Shown here one piece after another: positions 48,268 to 62,141 of a stretch of DNA of 64,000 nt (position 1 is the stretch's first letter; every line of letters starts with the position of its first letter). Location: NCBI RefSeq assembly GCF_009914755.1, contig NC_060934.1; one strand, written 5' to 3'. Origin of the DNA: the human T2T-CHM13v2.0 reference genome, Homo sapiens. A program made the position numbers and the translations under genes. The notes under the pieces were generated by a model that saw only the letters and a list, made by a program, of their open reading frames with translations, was not told where the DNA came from and ran no database searches.

Positions 48268-48775
48268 GTCAGATGCACCTATAGAAATCTAAAAAGAAAT
48301 GGCTTCAAGTAGGGTAAGAGTATACGTATTTTTCATGGGACTAAACATCTGGGACAGGAGTCTAGGTGGGGGGTGGCTCCTGCAAACTGGCATTTGTACC
48401 CTGAACTCCTTGTCTTTCTGCTCCGCTATTCTCAGTTTACAACTTTCATTCTCATATTACTATCGGGTGGCAAAATAGCGGCTGCTCCTTCTCCAGCCTC
48501 CTGTTCATATCCCAGGCAGGAACAGGAAGGACACATATGGGATGGGGCAGTGCAATGAATGGGAAATGGGGAAAGGACACTTTCCCAGGTATTCCCGCAG
48601 ACTTTCTCTCATGTCTCATTGGGCAGAGCTGTGGCATCTGGCCACTCTTAGTTGCAAGGGAGATTGTAATGTAACAGTCTAGCTGGTACATTGCCCCCTC
48701 CATAAAGAAGATTTAGTAATAAGAGAGAAGCGGGGGCAATGAACACTGGATGCGCAAACTGCAGTGTCTGTTAGA
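48268..48775 (-). mobile_element. MLT1J/K-like MaLR LTR
   Basis: CAGACTTTCTCTCATGTCTCATTGGGCAGAGCTG...TAGTTGCAAGGGAG antisense MLT1 core. Confidence 0.75.
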
Positions 48776-50380
48776 ACATGTAGATTTGGTGCTTTGAGTG
48801 GAATGTGTCAGCTTGGACATTTCAGTCACTCCCTAATTTTACTTCCACCTTGGGTGAAATCAAGAATGTCCTTGTGACTCGGAATATTCTAGGAGTTCTC
48901 ATGGCCAATGCTGGGCCACCTTTGCTTTAGGTCTTTACCCCTTGAATGCAGCTTTTGTGCTCTGAAGGAGAACACGAGCTTTCAGGCAGCTCATAGTTGG
49001 ATATTCTTAATTTAAAATCCAACTGTGTGCACAGTCCCCAGCCCAACTTCTCAGCATCGGACCCCTCTCAGTTGGCTCCCTCAGCTCTCATCTCCTCCTC
49101 CAGTGCTTATTCCACATGCATCTTGTTGACTTCCTCCACTGCCGTCTAATTTTCTATCACAGTAGCTGGAGGATTGGCCTGGAAAAGCAGGGATCTGAGT
49201 AGGACACATAGTGACCGAATCTCTAGCGAACTTGCCAAGGGCTGAAGCTGGAAATGCCGACAGGTTAATAGTTACAATCAAAGAAGCCTCAATGAAGTGG
49301 CAAGAAAAGGGACAGAGGCTTGTCAGGGAAGAGCCAGCAGGTCTAAGGAGTCACTGAAGAGGCCAAGGAGATCTCGTTTGTGGTGATGACTGATTGACAA
49401 GGAAGACAGGGCCTCCTGGGGACTTCCTTCACCAAGACCTCTCTGAGCCCCATCGTAGCAGGACTCAGGCTGTCCAGGTCACCGTGGCTCAGGCCTCTCC
49501 AAAATGGCAGGGGTGAGCTGGAACAGGGCTTTCTGGTAATGTTTTTCAGTCTCACCTGGTATTTGTTCATTTCTTCCTTTCTTCCTACTCTTTGGGGAAG
49601 CTCCTCCACCCCCAGCCTGCCTTCCCTCTGGATCCTCCTGCTTCACGCTTTGCGTGTTTGCCTGGTGGGAGGTTGTAGGTACCTTAAAGACCTTAATAAG
49701 ATCTGTAAACATGCACTTCCAGCAGCATCACTCTTGCCTGCCTTGGAAACTTCTTGCTTAAGTGAAATCTAAACAGCCGGTAATTATATATCACCTCTCA
49801 AGGACCATTTAAGAACCAAACCAGTATTTACAAATGGATTTGAAATGTTCTCTGTAAAAGGAACTAATTGTTACCTCTTAGTGCCTAGGAAAGCAAACAA
49901 AAGAGAAAGAAGGCTTATATTTGTCCAATGGTATGGGCAATAGGGCCTCTGGCCCAAATCAGACAGCCTGAGGATTTTATTCAGTTGGAAATAAAAACTT
50001 CAGAATGCATTTGATCAGAGGGAACGAGAATTGATTATTATTTCTCCTGAGTAGAATTTACCTGACTCAAAGAAGCAAGGAAATAGACAGCAGGAGTGCC
50101 GGCACCTTCCTTCCATGGCTGGGCACTCATAGTGTCGTGGAGACTTCTCCTGGAAGTGTAGCTAGTGCTGTTCCTGAGCCAGGCCAGTTTCCATTCCACT
50201 TGGACTGGGATCTGATCTTTGTTGTCAGGTGGAAGCCTACATAACTTGCACCCAGGGAGTCCAATGCCAGGGAGTCACAGTGACTCCTTACCCCCGCAAT
50301 GCAATGTGAGCGTAACCTATGTCATTGGCTAATGCCTCCGTTTCCCCATTAGTGCAGCTGGGCTTCATTAAGACTAAAAC

Positions 50381-51435
50381 AATCTAATTAAGTTTAAGAG
50401 CTTCTGCACAGCGAAAAAAACGATCAACAGAGTAAACAGGAATCCTACAGAATGGGAGAAACTATTTGCAAACTATGCATCTGACAAAGGTCTAATATCC
50501 GGCATCCATAAAGAACTTAAATTTACAAGAGAAAAACAAACAAAACAACCCCATTATAAAGTAGGCAAAAAACATGAACAGACACTTTTCAAAAGAAGAC
50601 ATACCTGCAGCCAACAAGTATGAAAAATAGCTCAATATCACAGATCATTAGAGATATGCAAATCAAAATCAAAATGAGATACCATCTCACACACCAGTCA
50701 GAATGGATATTACTTGAAAGTCAAAAAATAGCAGATGTTAGCGAGGTTGCGGAGAAAAGGGAACACTTATACACTGTTGGTAGGAGTTTAAATTAGTTCA
50801 ACCATTGTGGAAAGCAGTGTGGTGATTCCTCAAAGATCTAAAGACAGAAATACCATTTGGTCTGGCAATTCCATTACTAGGTATAAACCTAGAGAAATAT
50901 AAATTGTCCTACCATAAAGACACATACACGTGAATGTCCACAATAGCAAAGACGTGGAATTGACCTAAATGCCCATCAATGAGAGATTGGGTAAAAAAAT
51001 GTGGTACATATACCTCATGCAGTACCACGTGGTCATAAGAAAGAATGAGATCATGTGTTTTGTGGGAACATGGATGGAGCTGGAGGCTATTATCTTTAGC
51101 AAACTAAAGCAGAAACAGAAAACAAAATGCTGCATGTTCTCACTTATAAGTGTGAGCTAAATGATGAGAACTCATGAATACAAAGAAGGGAACAACAGAC
51201 ACTGGGGTCTACTTGAGGGTGGAGGGTGGGAGGAGGGAGAGGAGCAGAAAAGATAACTATTGGGTACTGGGCTTAATACCTAGATGATGAAATAATCTGA
51301 ACAACAAACCCCTGTGACATGAGTGTACTTCTGTAACAAACCTTTACATGTATCCCTGAACCTAAAATAAAAGTTAAAAAATAAAAAAGAACACAAGCAG
51401 CTAATCAATTAAAATGTTCAACTACTAAAGAAAAA
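50381..51435 (+). mobile_element. 5'-truncated L1 (L1PA13-16-like) with a short 3' extension
   Basis: ORF2 end plus 3'UTR (GAGGAGCAGAAAAGATAACTATTGGGTAC); TSD AAGACTAAAAC (50370-50380, 51436-51446). Confidence 0.92.
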
Positions 51436-51537
51436 AAGACTAAAACTGTGTCCTGGATTTTAAACATTTTTTGATCTGGGCCCCTGATGCTATCACTAAC
51501 CCTTGCTAACTGATAGCTCTGTCCAGCCTTCCAGAGC

Positions 51538-51712
51538 ACCAATGTCTAATGGAAATGAAAACGAGAGCCATATCAGTAATTTGAAATTTTCTATTAGCCA
51601 CATTAAAGAAGTAAGAGGAAACAGGTAAAATTAACTTAGTGATATATTTTATTTAACCCAATATATTGCAATATTGTCATTGAAGATGTAATCAATATAA
51701 AATTATTAATAA
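51538..51712 (+). mobile_element. MER33 (hAT-Charlie MITE) fragment
   Basis: AAATTTTCTATTAGCCACATTAAA...AACAGGTAAAATTAA...TTTTATTTAACCCAATATAT. Confidence 0.8.
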
Positions 51713-51713
51713 G

Positions 51714-52235
51714 TGTTTCAGCCATGGATCTCTAGAGAGAGAACCAATAGGATATATACATGAAAAGGGATTTTTTTTTTAAAAGGAAAATTGACTTACT
51801 TGATCATGGAGGCTGAGAAGTCCCACCCATGATTGGCCATCTGCAAGCTGGAGAACCATGGAAGCCAGGAGCCTGCCTCAGTCTTAGTCTGGAGACCTCA
51901 GAACCAATGAATCCAATGGTTGAACTCTCAATCTGAGGCCAAAGGCCTGGAGGGATGCTGTATAAGTTTCAGGGTCCAAGAGCCAGAGAACATGGAATTT
52001 TGACATCTATGAGCAGGGGAAGAAGGGCACGCAGGCTCCGGATGAGAAAGAAAAAGAATTTGTCCTTCTTCTGTCTTTTGTTCCATCTGGGTCCCCAGTC
52101 AAATGGATGGTGCCTACCCATACTGAGGGCAGATCTTCACACTTAGTCCACCAACTCACATGCCACTCTCCCACAGAAACACCCTCATAGGCACCCCTGG
52201 GGAGTCCAATCATTCTAATCAAATGCCAGACAAGC
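51714..52235 (-). mobile_element. MLT2 (B/C-like) ERVL LTR
   Basis: GAACCAATAGGATAT...GGAGGCTGAGAAGTCCCA...GCCATCTGCAAGCTGGAGA. Confidence 0.85.
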
Positions 52236-52261
52236 TGGGTTTCTCTTTCAGCAAAAGAGGG

Positions 52262-52778
52262 AATTTTATGTTAGTTTTATGTGTCAACTTGATTGGGTTT
52301 TTAGTTAATTTTATGTGTCAACTTGATTGGATTAAGGGGCTCCCAGATATTTGGTCAAATATCATTTCTGGATGTGTCTGTGAGGGTGTTTCTGGATGCA
52401 ATCAGCATTTGAATTGGTGCACTGAGCAAAGCGGATTGGCCTCCCTATTGTGGGTGGGTAGCATCCAGTCTGTTAAAGGCCTGAATGGAATATAAGTCTA
52501 ACTAAGAAAGAATTACTTCTGTCTGACTGACTGTCTTTAAGAAGTCATGAGTTTTCTTCTGTTGCAGACTTGGACTCAGACTGGAACTGATACCATTAGC
52601 TCTCCTGGCTCTCAGGTCTTTAGATTCAGATTGAAACTTCTCCATTGATTTTCCCCTGTCACTAGCTTGCAGATTGCAGATCTTGGGACTTCTCAGCCTC
52701 TGCAAATACATGAGCCAATTCCTTGTAGTGCACATGTGTCCTGTTGGTTTGTTTCTCTGGAGAATCCAGACTAATACA
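52262..52778 (+). mobile_element. MLT2 (D/B-like) ERVL LTR with duplicated 5' segment
   Basis: TTTTATGTGTCAACTTGATTGG occurs twice; ends TCTCTGGAGAATCCAGACTAATACA. Confidence 0.88.
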
Positions 52779-53249
52779 GTTTCTCATAGGCTGAGCATAT
52801 GGAAATATAACATTGATGACCAAACATATTATGAAGATACCAGTCAGTAGATTCCATATTCTTATGTCAAGGTGCAACACAGGCAGCATTCTGAGCTACT
52901 CTGAGTCAGGATCCAGGGAGAAATTGGTAGCTAATTGTGGAGTGTGATCCAAGTAAAAAAGTGGCATCAAGAAGCCATCAGCAGAAGATGGAATCTAGGA
53001 ATGAAGCCAGAAATCCGAAAAACTGGAAATCTGAGAGATTATGCTAGGACTGAACCAGAAAAGTGAGAGAAAAATACTCACCTTATGGAGGCTAAGAAAA
53101 CTACTTTCTGTGGGTGTGGCTGAGCTTTGCAGTTCTGTTTAATTTGGGGTGTGCCTTCTTAGAAACTGTTAGGAGGTCGCTGCCTTCCATGACACTTTTG
53201 TTACAGAGGCCATCCTTCAACATTTGTCTCTGGGATTACTCCTGTTTGC

Positions 53250-53840
53250 CTCCCTGCCTCCAGCTTTTCCTTGTCCTCCTGTAATCTTTATACGAGGCAA
53301 ATCTAATCACAACAGTTAACCCCCAGATTGAAACATATTTTGCCTGTAGTGTGATGACCAAACTCCCATTGGTGTTTTCAGAAACCTTTATATCCTATCT
53401 TTTGCTTATCTATCTTTTCAGCCATCCCCATCTGTTTCCGGATTTCCCTTACATACATGACATTTTATGTACTTTGCACCATAATGCTTTCTCTTTCACA
53501 TCTGTGCTTTTGCACATGGTTTCTCCTTGCCTGCAAAATCTCCCCCTTTCCCATTCTTCAATTCAATCCTTCTATTTCTCCTCCAAGAAAGAGTGTAGAC
53601 ATCACCTTCTCCAAGAATCATCCCTGATATTCCCAATTATCTTAATTCCTGGTTGGATTAGATGCTGGTATGTTGAATTTTCAAAAGCATTACCGGTATC
53701 TTCATAGTAGCACCTATATTACTACATTTTAATAACTTGTTTACATGTTTGCCTTCCCATTATACCATAAAGTTCTTGAAGGCATTTCTGTATTCTCAAG
53801 GCACAACACCGGGGTGGGCCTCAGAAAGACTTATGCAATG
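53250..53840 (+). mobile_element. L2 3' fragment
   Basis: GCTTTTGCACATGG, CATCACCTTCTCCAAGAA, AAGTTCTTGAAGGCA motifs. Confidence 0.65.
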
Positions 53841-54621
53841 GCCAATGCCTGGGTCTGCCCAGCTTCTATGAAGAGTATCATTGGAAACGGGGGCTCAAAC
53901 CAAATCTGCCTACTCTGAGTTTCCTATCTGATTTAAGCTGTGATTCCCCAACCACTTCATGGCTATGTCAACTTAGGCTGGGACTCACACCTTTAAGAAA
54001 GCAATTTGTCAGTATGTACGCCGAAATAAACTGTTTTTCCCAAGATGTTCACTGCAGTATGGCCTCAGATAAAAAAGCAGAAGAAATAACCAAATTACAA
54101 CGAATATGTAAATTATAGCATGCCAACGAGCTGAAATTTATGCAGTCTTAACCATGATTGTGAAGACAGGCTAACAGCCTCAAAGAAAAAAGACTCAGTA
54201 CTTTCTGTGCACCCTCAAAGAGAAAATACAATTTCATTAAAAGCTCTTCTTCTGTTTATTCATTCATTAGTTCACAAATGTTTATTGAATACTTGTGATG
54301 TACAAAGCTCTGCTCATTAGCAAGAAGTCTACATTTTAATTAAGATTTCCAGGGGAAATGGAAGATAGGACTACATCACTCATTATACAACATGTTATTT
54401 AGCGGTAGTCTCATTCACTATCTTACCCCTTACAAAGTTACTCTTAAAATTAAGTGTTCTTAAAACCTTCTCCTCCCTTGTGGTCTAGCCTCACCTTTTC
54501 CCACTTCCATCAATTACTATCTCTTTACATTCAATCTTGTCTTAAGTGAGCAATTTATCTATCATTCTTAAAGTTCCGTAAGTCTTGTATCCTTGTACCC
54601 ATTACCCCTCTCAGTAAACAA

Positions 54622-55498
<877 letters not shown>

Positions 55499-55713
55499 TG
55501 AAAGGCAGTAAATAAATTGTAAATAACAAATTATGTTTCCCTGCCATAGTACTTGTCCCACCCTGGCATAGATATGCACTGGGGGCAAGATACCTTCTTG
55601 GAATTATTGATCATCTTGGATCTCGGACCTCTCTAAGCTCAATGTGGTACAATGGGTACAAGAACACGAAGTCCCCTGTGCAGCTACCTTTCTGATACAG
55701 GCTAAACACTATT

Positions 55714-56148
55714 TGTCTTAGTCCCTTTGCATTGCTGTAAAGATATTCCAGGGTATATCTGGAGGCTGGGCAATTTCTAAAGAAAAGAGGTTTATTTGGC
55801 TCACAGTTTTGCAGGCTGTAAAGAAGTATGGCACCAGCATCTGCTTCTAGTGAGAGCTCCAGGCTGCTTCTACTCACGGTGGAAGGGGAAGAGGAGCTGG
55901 CATGTGCGGAAAACCTGTGGTGAGAGAGGAAGTGAGGGAAGAGAGACTCCAGACTTTTTAACAACCAGCTCTCATGGGAACTAACAGAACAAGAACTCAT
56001 TTGCTCTCCTCCACCCCCAGGGAGGGCATTAATCTATTCATGAGGGAACCACCCCCATGATCCAAACACTTTCCATTAGGCTCACTCTCCATATTGAGGG
56101 TCAAATTTCAAGTTGAGGTTTGGGGAAACCAACGTTTAAACTATAGCC
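55714..56148 (-). mobile_element. MSTB-like solo LTR
   Basis: TGTCTTAGTC...AAGAAAAGAGGTTTATTTGGCTCACAG...ATCTATTCATGAGGG...AAACTATAGC. Confidence 0.9.
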
Positions 56149-57336
56149 CTCTTCATGAGTTTTCAAGAGGGCCTGAAGCTGGTATCTGCAGTGCTTGTAA
56201 AGGGTCTTATGAAACGTTTCATGGCTAGGAACTCTTGCTATGGCTAATCTTCCCCTGTCAGAGCTGAGATGAAATTGCTGGAAGAGAAGAGAGAGAGACA
56301 GTTGGCCTAGTTCTAGTTCTAGGTACCACCCAATCGTATTTAAATAATTCATATATTTAAAATAACAAAATAAATATTTTATGAGTCTTTAAATTTCAGG
56401 AATGAGCTGCATCCTTGAAACCCACAGAATAAAAACTAGACTTCAGTCACAAACACCACTGCACAGTGAAATGTTGCTATTAGTGGGCACACATAATTCA
56501 GAGCTGACAGAATTTCACACTCAGGGGCCTTCACAATCCAGCTTGACTGCCTCATGTGGAATGCTAGGGAGGAGGCTGTCTTCTTCCTTGTCTCCTGAGG
56601 GTTCCGTGTCCTTTGAACAGCAATCTTTTGATCTAAACAGGGTGAGATGCTTGCTCATGCAAACCATTTTGCTGTGAAAGAAATGTACAACTCACTCCTG
56701 GCCATCTTGAGCACCTTTAAGAAACCTTGTTAATAAGATTTGGTGGGAGGGTATGTAGTTATAAAGCAGAACAATAAGGCTGGTGGGAGTTGAATAATTT
56801 TTCTATTTGTCTCTATTTCCCAGGAGGATTTTAGAGAGGATGCAAAGTACTTGCAGCAATGTGACTAGAATATTTCCTCAAAATGGTTGCTTATTCTCAT
56901 TCTGTCTATTTTAAAATATAATGCTTATTGATTTTTTTGTATAGTTATAGAAGTAATGTATGACCATTATATAAAATTTGGAAGATATGGCAAATGTAAA
57001 GAGGGAAAGAAAAGGCATCCATAATTGATCTCATTATTTTGCAGGAGAGAGAAGGCCTAATTTCTATGCTTAAGAGTCTCTTTCTCTTCACTTTGTTCTC
57101 TTATTAGCCTTCCTCTAGTTCCTTGGTTACCCAGGTTAAAAGCAGTTTTGAAAGAGGGTACCTCTCTTCTACAACTTGGTTGTTGATACACTCATTGTTA
57201 TCACAGGTCTTGACTAGGGCACATTTTTGGAATTAATTGCAAAGATTTCTTCTACCGTATCATATGGAAGATAAAATTTACATAACTTGTGTTTTTGATG
57301 TAGTGATCCTGGAGAATTAATGCATAAGATTTAAGG

Positions 57337-57562
57337 CAGCACTTCTCAATCTTGGCACTAAGGCCATTTCAGATCAGAGGATTCTTTGTTGTGGGGCTTC
57401 CCTGTGCATTGTAGGATGTTGATAAGCACCTCAGGCTTCTACACACTAGATACCAGTAGCAAAATCTCTTTGCCCGAGTTATAATAATCAAAAATGTCTC
57501 TAGAAATTGCCAAATGTTACCTGGGTGAGAGGGGGTGAAATTGCCCCTGGAGAGAACCGCTG
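57337..57562 (-). mobile_element. MER20 (hAT-Charlie)
   Basis: CAGCACTTCTCAATCTTGGCACT...AAAAATGTCTCTAGA..TTGCCAAATG...GAGAACCGCTG. Confidence 0.88.
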
Positions 57563-58419
57563 TCATGCACACCTAGAAGTTAGAAGTGCCAGATTAGAAG
57601 TGCCAGAGTCTCTGGACTTTCAATTGGTCATGTTTTAGACATGAAATGTCACGAAGATAAGCATTTTAATGAAATTTCTGAAAACACAAATTTTATTAAT
57701 AGCTTGTGTTCCTATTGCTTTTTTTTTTAGAGCTGGGCAGGAGAGTGAAGGTCAGGGAGGGCTACTGGCTTTCAGGAAATCTAGAAAGCTGGAGTCATGG
57801 AAAAGCTTTCTAGAAGTTCAGAAGGTTGCAGAAATCCCATAGGGTTTACTACTGATAATCTCAATAACTTGTAGAAGCAATGTGAGTCATTTTTAGAAAG
57901 AAACCTGGAAGCTACTGGCTCTCAAAATTATTTGCCATCTGCTGACACCAGAGAGCCTGTCTCTAGATGCTGCAGGATGAGGTGGAGATAATGGCTCCGC
58001 CTCCTCTTGTGCTTCTGGGATCTCATATGAATGCCCTTCAGTGGCCAAATCTAACTAAAATCCTGTTGGCAAGGGAGTCTTGGAAATGTAGATTCTAGGC
58101 TTTCAGCCCTGCAGCCCCAGAAGTTGCTGAGAACAGGGATATGACTGAGATAGTCGTGAAGATATTGTGATATGGCAAAGGGGCAATTATTAAAGTGTCT
58201 TTTGTTAGCGTTAGATTTGACAAGGGGCATAGCCTACTCCAGTGATGCTATATTGATAAAATATCCTTAAGCTTCTTTATCTGATTATCATGCCTTGTAC
58301 ATTGTTAAGGCACTATAGAAGCTAAAGCTATGGGATGTGTGGGATGGATGAAGTTTCCTGGTGTCGGTAAGACAACAAACCTACCATTGCATAAAAATAT
58401 ATAAAAATTAGGATGGTTC

Positions 58420-59510
58420 TGCATAGATAGCTTCATGCACTATTCATTTATTTATCTGATGTTATCTCATAATGTTCCCTCTAGTATCCATTATTTAAAA
58501 TATTCAAGTATTACTTTTATCATGAAAAATAAGCTTAATAAACTTGAAAAAGTATTACTGCTATTAAAAAATCTAATGTATAATATTCATTTTGCTATAT
58601 ATATTTCAAAAACATTATTTTAAAGTCTCTACATTATTTAGTCATGTGGATTTAACATTTGTGCATAAATCTTGGTCCCCAACTTTAGTTAATGCCTTAG
58701 GATAGGTTTTTAGAAGCGGCTAACTCATCTAAAACTGTAAATTAATTGCTGTACCAAATGTTTGGAGTGATTAGTTACCACCAGCAGCATATGAGAGTTC
58801 CTGTTTTCTGCCACTTTATGAACACTGAGGTCAAACTGTTTATCTTCAAACCAAACCAAACAAAAACACTGCCATTTTTATAGGCAAATATTATTTTATT
58901 GTATAGTTTTGCATTTCTTTGGTTTTACTACGTGAGTTTCTTTATTTAGATTCTGCACATATCTTTAAAAATACTTATTATGGTATAGGTGATATAAACT
59001 CAAGGTACAAAACTCAAAATGAACAAAATGACAGACAGTGAGAAATAAGGCTGGCTTTTCACCCCTCTACTTCAATCAATCAGTTTATCTCCCAGGAGGC
59101 AAGCATTTGCCTATTTTTAGTGTGTACTTCAGAGATGTAAGATTTATGTAAGATAAAATGTATATGTATGAATATATGTGAATAGAATACACATACATTT
59201 ATAATTTTTACCGAGGGCTAGAATATTATGCATACCATTCTGGAATCTTTTTATCAATGTAAATTAGAGAACTTTCCATATATTAGCCATTTACCATGAT
59301 TTATTTAATCGGTTGCTATTGATGGTCATTTTAGGTTGTTTTTGATTATTAGAATCCTTGCTGTAATGAGTAACTTCGGGTCTACTAATTTTGCAGACAT
59401 AAGTGCATATGTGTAAGATGAATTCCTAGAATGAGAAGTGCTTAAGCATAGATTTTATGTATATTACGTTTTAACAGATATATGCACATTTATTTTTAGT
59501 TTAATTGTGA
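58420..59510 (-). mobile_element. Ancient L1M fragments (also ~60620-61150)
   Basis: CACCAGCAGCATATGAGAGTTCCTGTTT and GATGAATTCCTAGAATGAGAA antisense L1M motifs. Confidence 0.6.
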
Positions 59511-59607
59511 AGTCAACAGTGCTTTTTATTAGAAGAAAACAACTATTTACTTCTTCCTTGAGTCACATGGGGACTCTAACCTAAGAATTTATCCTAATAG
59601 TAATGGC

Positions 59608-60314
59608 TGTAATGGCTGATTTTATGTGTCAATTTAACTGACCTGTGGGGTACCCAGATTAAACATTATTTCTGGGTGTGTCTTTGAGGATATTTTGGAT
59701 GAGATTAGCATTTGAATCAGGGGACTCAGGAAAGTATCCATTGCCCTCACCAATGTGGAGGATCATGCAATTTGTTGAGGGCCTGATTAGAACAAATGGC
59801 AGAGAGAGAAGGAATTCATCCCTTTTCTTCCTGCCTCACTGCTAGAGCCACAGCATCTCATTTTCTGCTCTTGGACTAGGATTTACACGATTGGCTTCCC
59901 TGGAGTGCAGGGCCTTTGGACTCATTCTGAATTACATCACTGCCTTTTCTGGGTCTCCAGTTGCTGATGGCAGATCATGGAACTTCTCAGCCTCCAAAGT
60001 TGTGCCAGCCAATTCCTTATTATCTATGTATCTCTCTATCTATTGTTAAAAAGGGAAAACCTTAAGCAAGTTTAAATTTATCAGTTTTTTAAGCAAAAAA
60101 AAAAAAAAAAACCCTCCAACAGCAATGATTCATGAATCGAGCAGCCTTCAGAATGAGAATTTAGGCTTTAAAAACTCCTGTGTGCTGCATGGTCAGGCAG
60201 CATTTACGGACAGAAAATGGAAGTGGGGTGAAGAGTACAATGGCCTCCCACAAATTTTATTTAACACTATCTATCTTCTATTGGTTCTGCTTCTCTGAAG
60301 AAACCTGACAAATA
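59608..60314 (+). mobile_element. MLT2D-like LTR interrupted by MER57
   Basis: TGTAATGGCTGATTTTATGTGTCAA start; CTATTGGTTCTGCTTCTCTGAAGAAACCTGAC end. Confidence 0.85.
60044..60266 (-). mobile_element. MER57-family solo LTR, internally deleted
   Basis: TGTTAAA...TTTAACA termini, GATTCATGAATCGAGCAGCC, 4-bp TSD CTAT (60040-60043, 60267-60270). Confidence 0.72.
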
Positions 60315-60317
60315 ATG

Positions 60318-60558
60318 ATGTTTATTATGTTCTACTCAATGTTCTGAGCACTTTCCCTATAACAATTATTTAATTGTTATCACAGCCACATGCACTAGGT
60401 ATCATTGTTAACATTTTCATGTTTCTGTAGAGAAAGCTGAGGCGTAAGAGTTTAAATAATATGCCTAAGGCCATTAGGGGCAGTGAGTGGGGGAGCTGGA
60501 ATCTGAATCCAGGTTGTCTAGCTTCAGAGCCTAAGCAGTTAGGCATTCTGCTACACTA
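60318..60558 (-). mobile_element. MIR
   Basis: GAGAAAGCTGAGGC...GCCTAAGGCCA...GAGCTGGAATCTGAATCCAGG...CTTCAGAGCC. Confidence 0.8.
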
Positions 60559-61899
60559 CCAAGCACACTGAGCTCATTCTTTTAAGCAGTAATTCCGAAT
60601 CTTTGTCTAGTTTATTTGGTGTTTAAGGGAATAGTCCTTAGATGCGTGTGACTTAATGGTAGACCATGTGCTAATTTTTGTAAGCCCAAAGGTACACCTT
60701 AAAATTTTTTTTAATTTTGCAAATTGTGACACTTTAGTCCTTTTCCCATGGAATTTCAATTTTAAGTTTTTGAGGTAGACAACCATATAATCTGTGAATA
60801 TTGTTAATTTGATCATGTTGATGATATTATACCTCTAATTTATTTTTCATATTTTAGTGTATTGGCTCAGACTTCCAGGATGCTCTAATGTAATTTTGAT
60901 GTCTTTTTTCTTCAGATTTCAATGGGAATGAATGTCTACAGTGGTCCACAGTGTGTAGGATATTAATATTAATTCATAGTTTTGGACAGAGATTCATGAC
61001 CATAATGAGGGACTCTTTTTCATCACTTACATAGAGTCCTTAATAAGGAATAAATGTTTAGTTCTATCAAATGCCTGTTGGGGGGGTCAAATATGAATAT
61101 TATCACATATAATTATATTAATTGAATGATTATGTTTGATGATGACGTGTTCTAATTACATCTATTGCTATAAAATGAACTTCCCCAATGGCTGGAAACA
61201 ATAGCCATGATTTATTTTGCTCATAAATGCAAGTTGACTGGACTCAGTTCAGCAATTTTAGCTGGAGTAGAGAATGGGTAGTGTAGATTGGGGGTGGGGA
61301 ATGGGACTGGGAGGTAGGGTGCAGTTTCTGTTATAGCTCTAAGGCAGTCTAGGTTAGACCAACCAGTCCAGGTTAGGGGTGGAGGCTTCAAGTCACCCTG
61401 ATACTGGTAAGAAATCCTTCGGTGGCCTTGGGAGAGAAACAACTCAGCTTCCTTGAGAGATGTGTCAGAGCTCAGGGGAAAGCATCCACCATCCACAGGG
61501 TGCAAAAGAGGACTCGAGGCCCAAAACACGGAATGCCTGTTCAGGGAAAGAGTGGCTGGAGGCCAAGGGAGAAACTGGTTTGGGCCCCACAAAAGACTTT
61601 GAGGTGCCTGTGGATTGTTGGTGCTTGATCAGGTGGTCGGCACCTTAAAAAGAATCATACTTGACAATTCACTGTGAAGTCAGCGCCGCATACACTCTAG
61701 AAAGACAGCGGCAGCCAGCGGGGAATTGTTTTTGCGAATGTTTAGGCTGTAAAGAAGAAATACCTGAATGAATAAGTGAGTAAACGAAAATCACAGAGAT
61801 AGGACATTTTCCAGAGGGATCCTGTGAGAGCTGTGTCCCTGTCTTTTCTCCAACCTTCAAAGACCAACTCCCTAACATGAAAATGCTTGGCTCAAGCCG

Positions 61900-62044
61900 G
61901 AGGCTGTTTGGGTACAACCTTCTAATTTCATTCCTTAGCTGTGACCTTGAATAAGCTGCTAAATCTGTGCCTCAGCTTCCTCATTTGTGAGATGGGTCAA
62001 AAACAGTATCTTCTGTCTAGGAATATGAATAAGGTTTAAATGAA
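61900..62044 (+). mobile_element. MIR
   Basis: TAGCTGTGACCTTGAATAAG...CTGTGCCTCAGCTTCCTCATTTGTGAGATGGG core. Confidence 0.82.
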
Positions 62045-62094
62045 TATCTATCTATCTTCTATCTATATCAATCAGCTATCTATTATCTATCTCA

Positions 62095-62128
<34 letters not shown>

Positions 62129-62141
62129 AATCATCTATCTA
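62045..62141 (+). repeat. (TCTA)n tetranucleotide STR
   Basis: Includes ~8 consecutive TATC units at 62097-62128. Confidence 0.93.

Noticed and set aside
61683-61740. Small CpG cluster as a CpG island or promoter
   Set aside because: About 60 bp with ~5 CpGs; far below island size and no other support.
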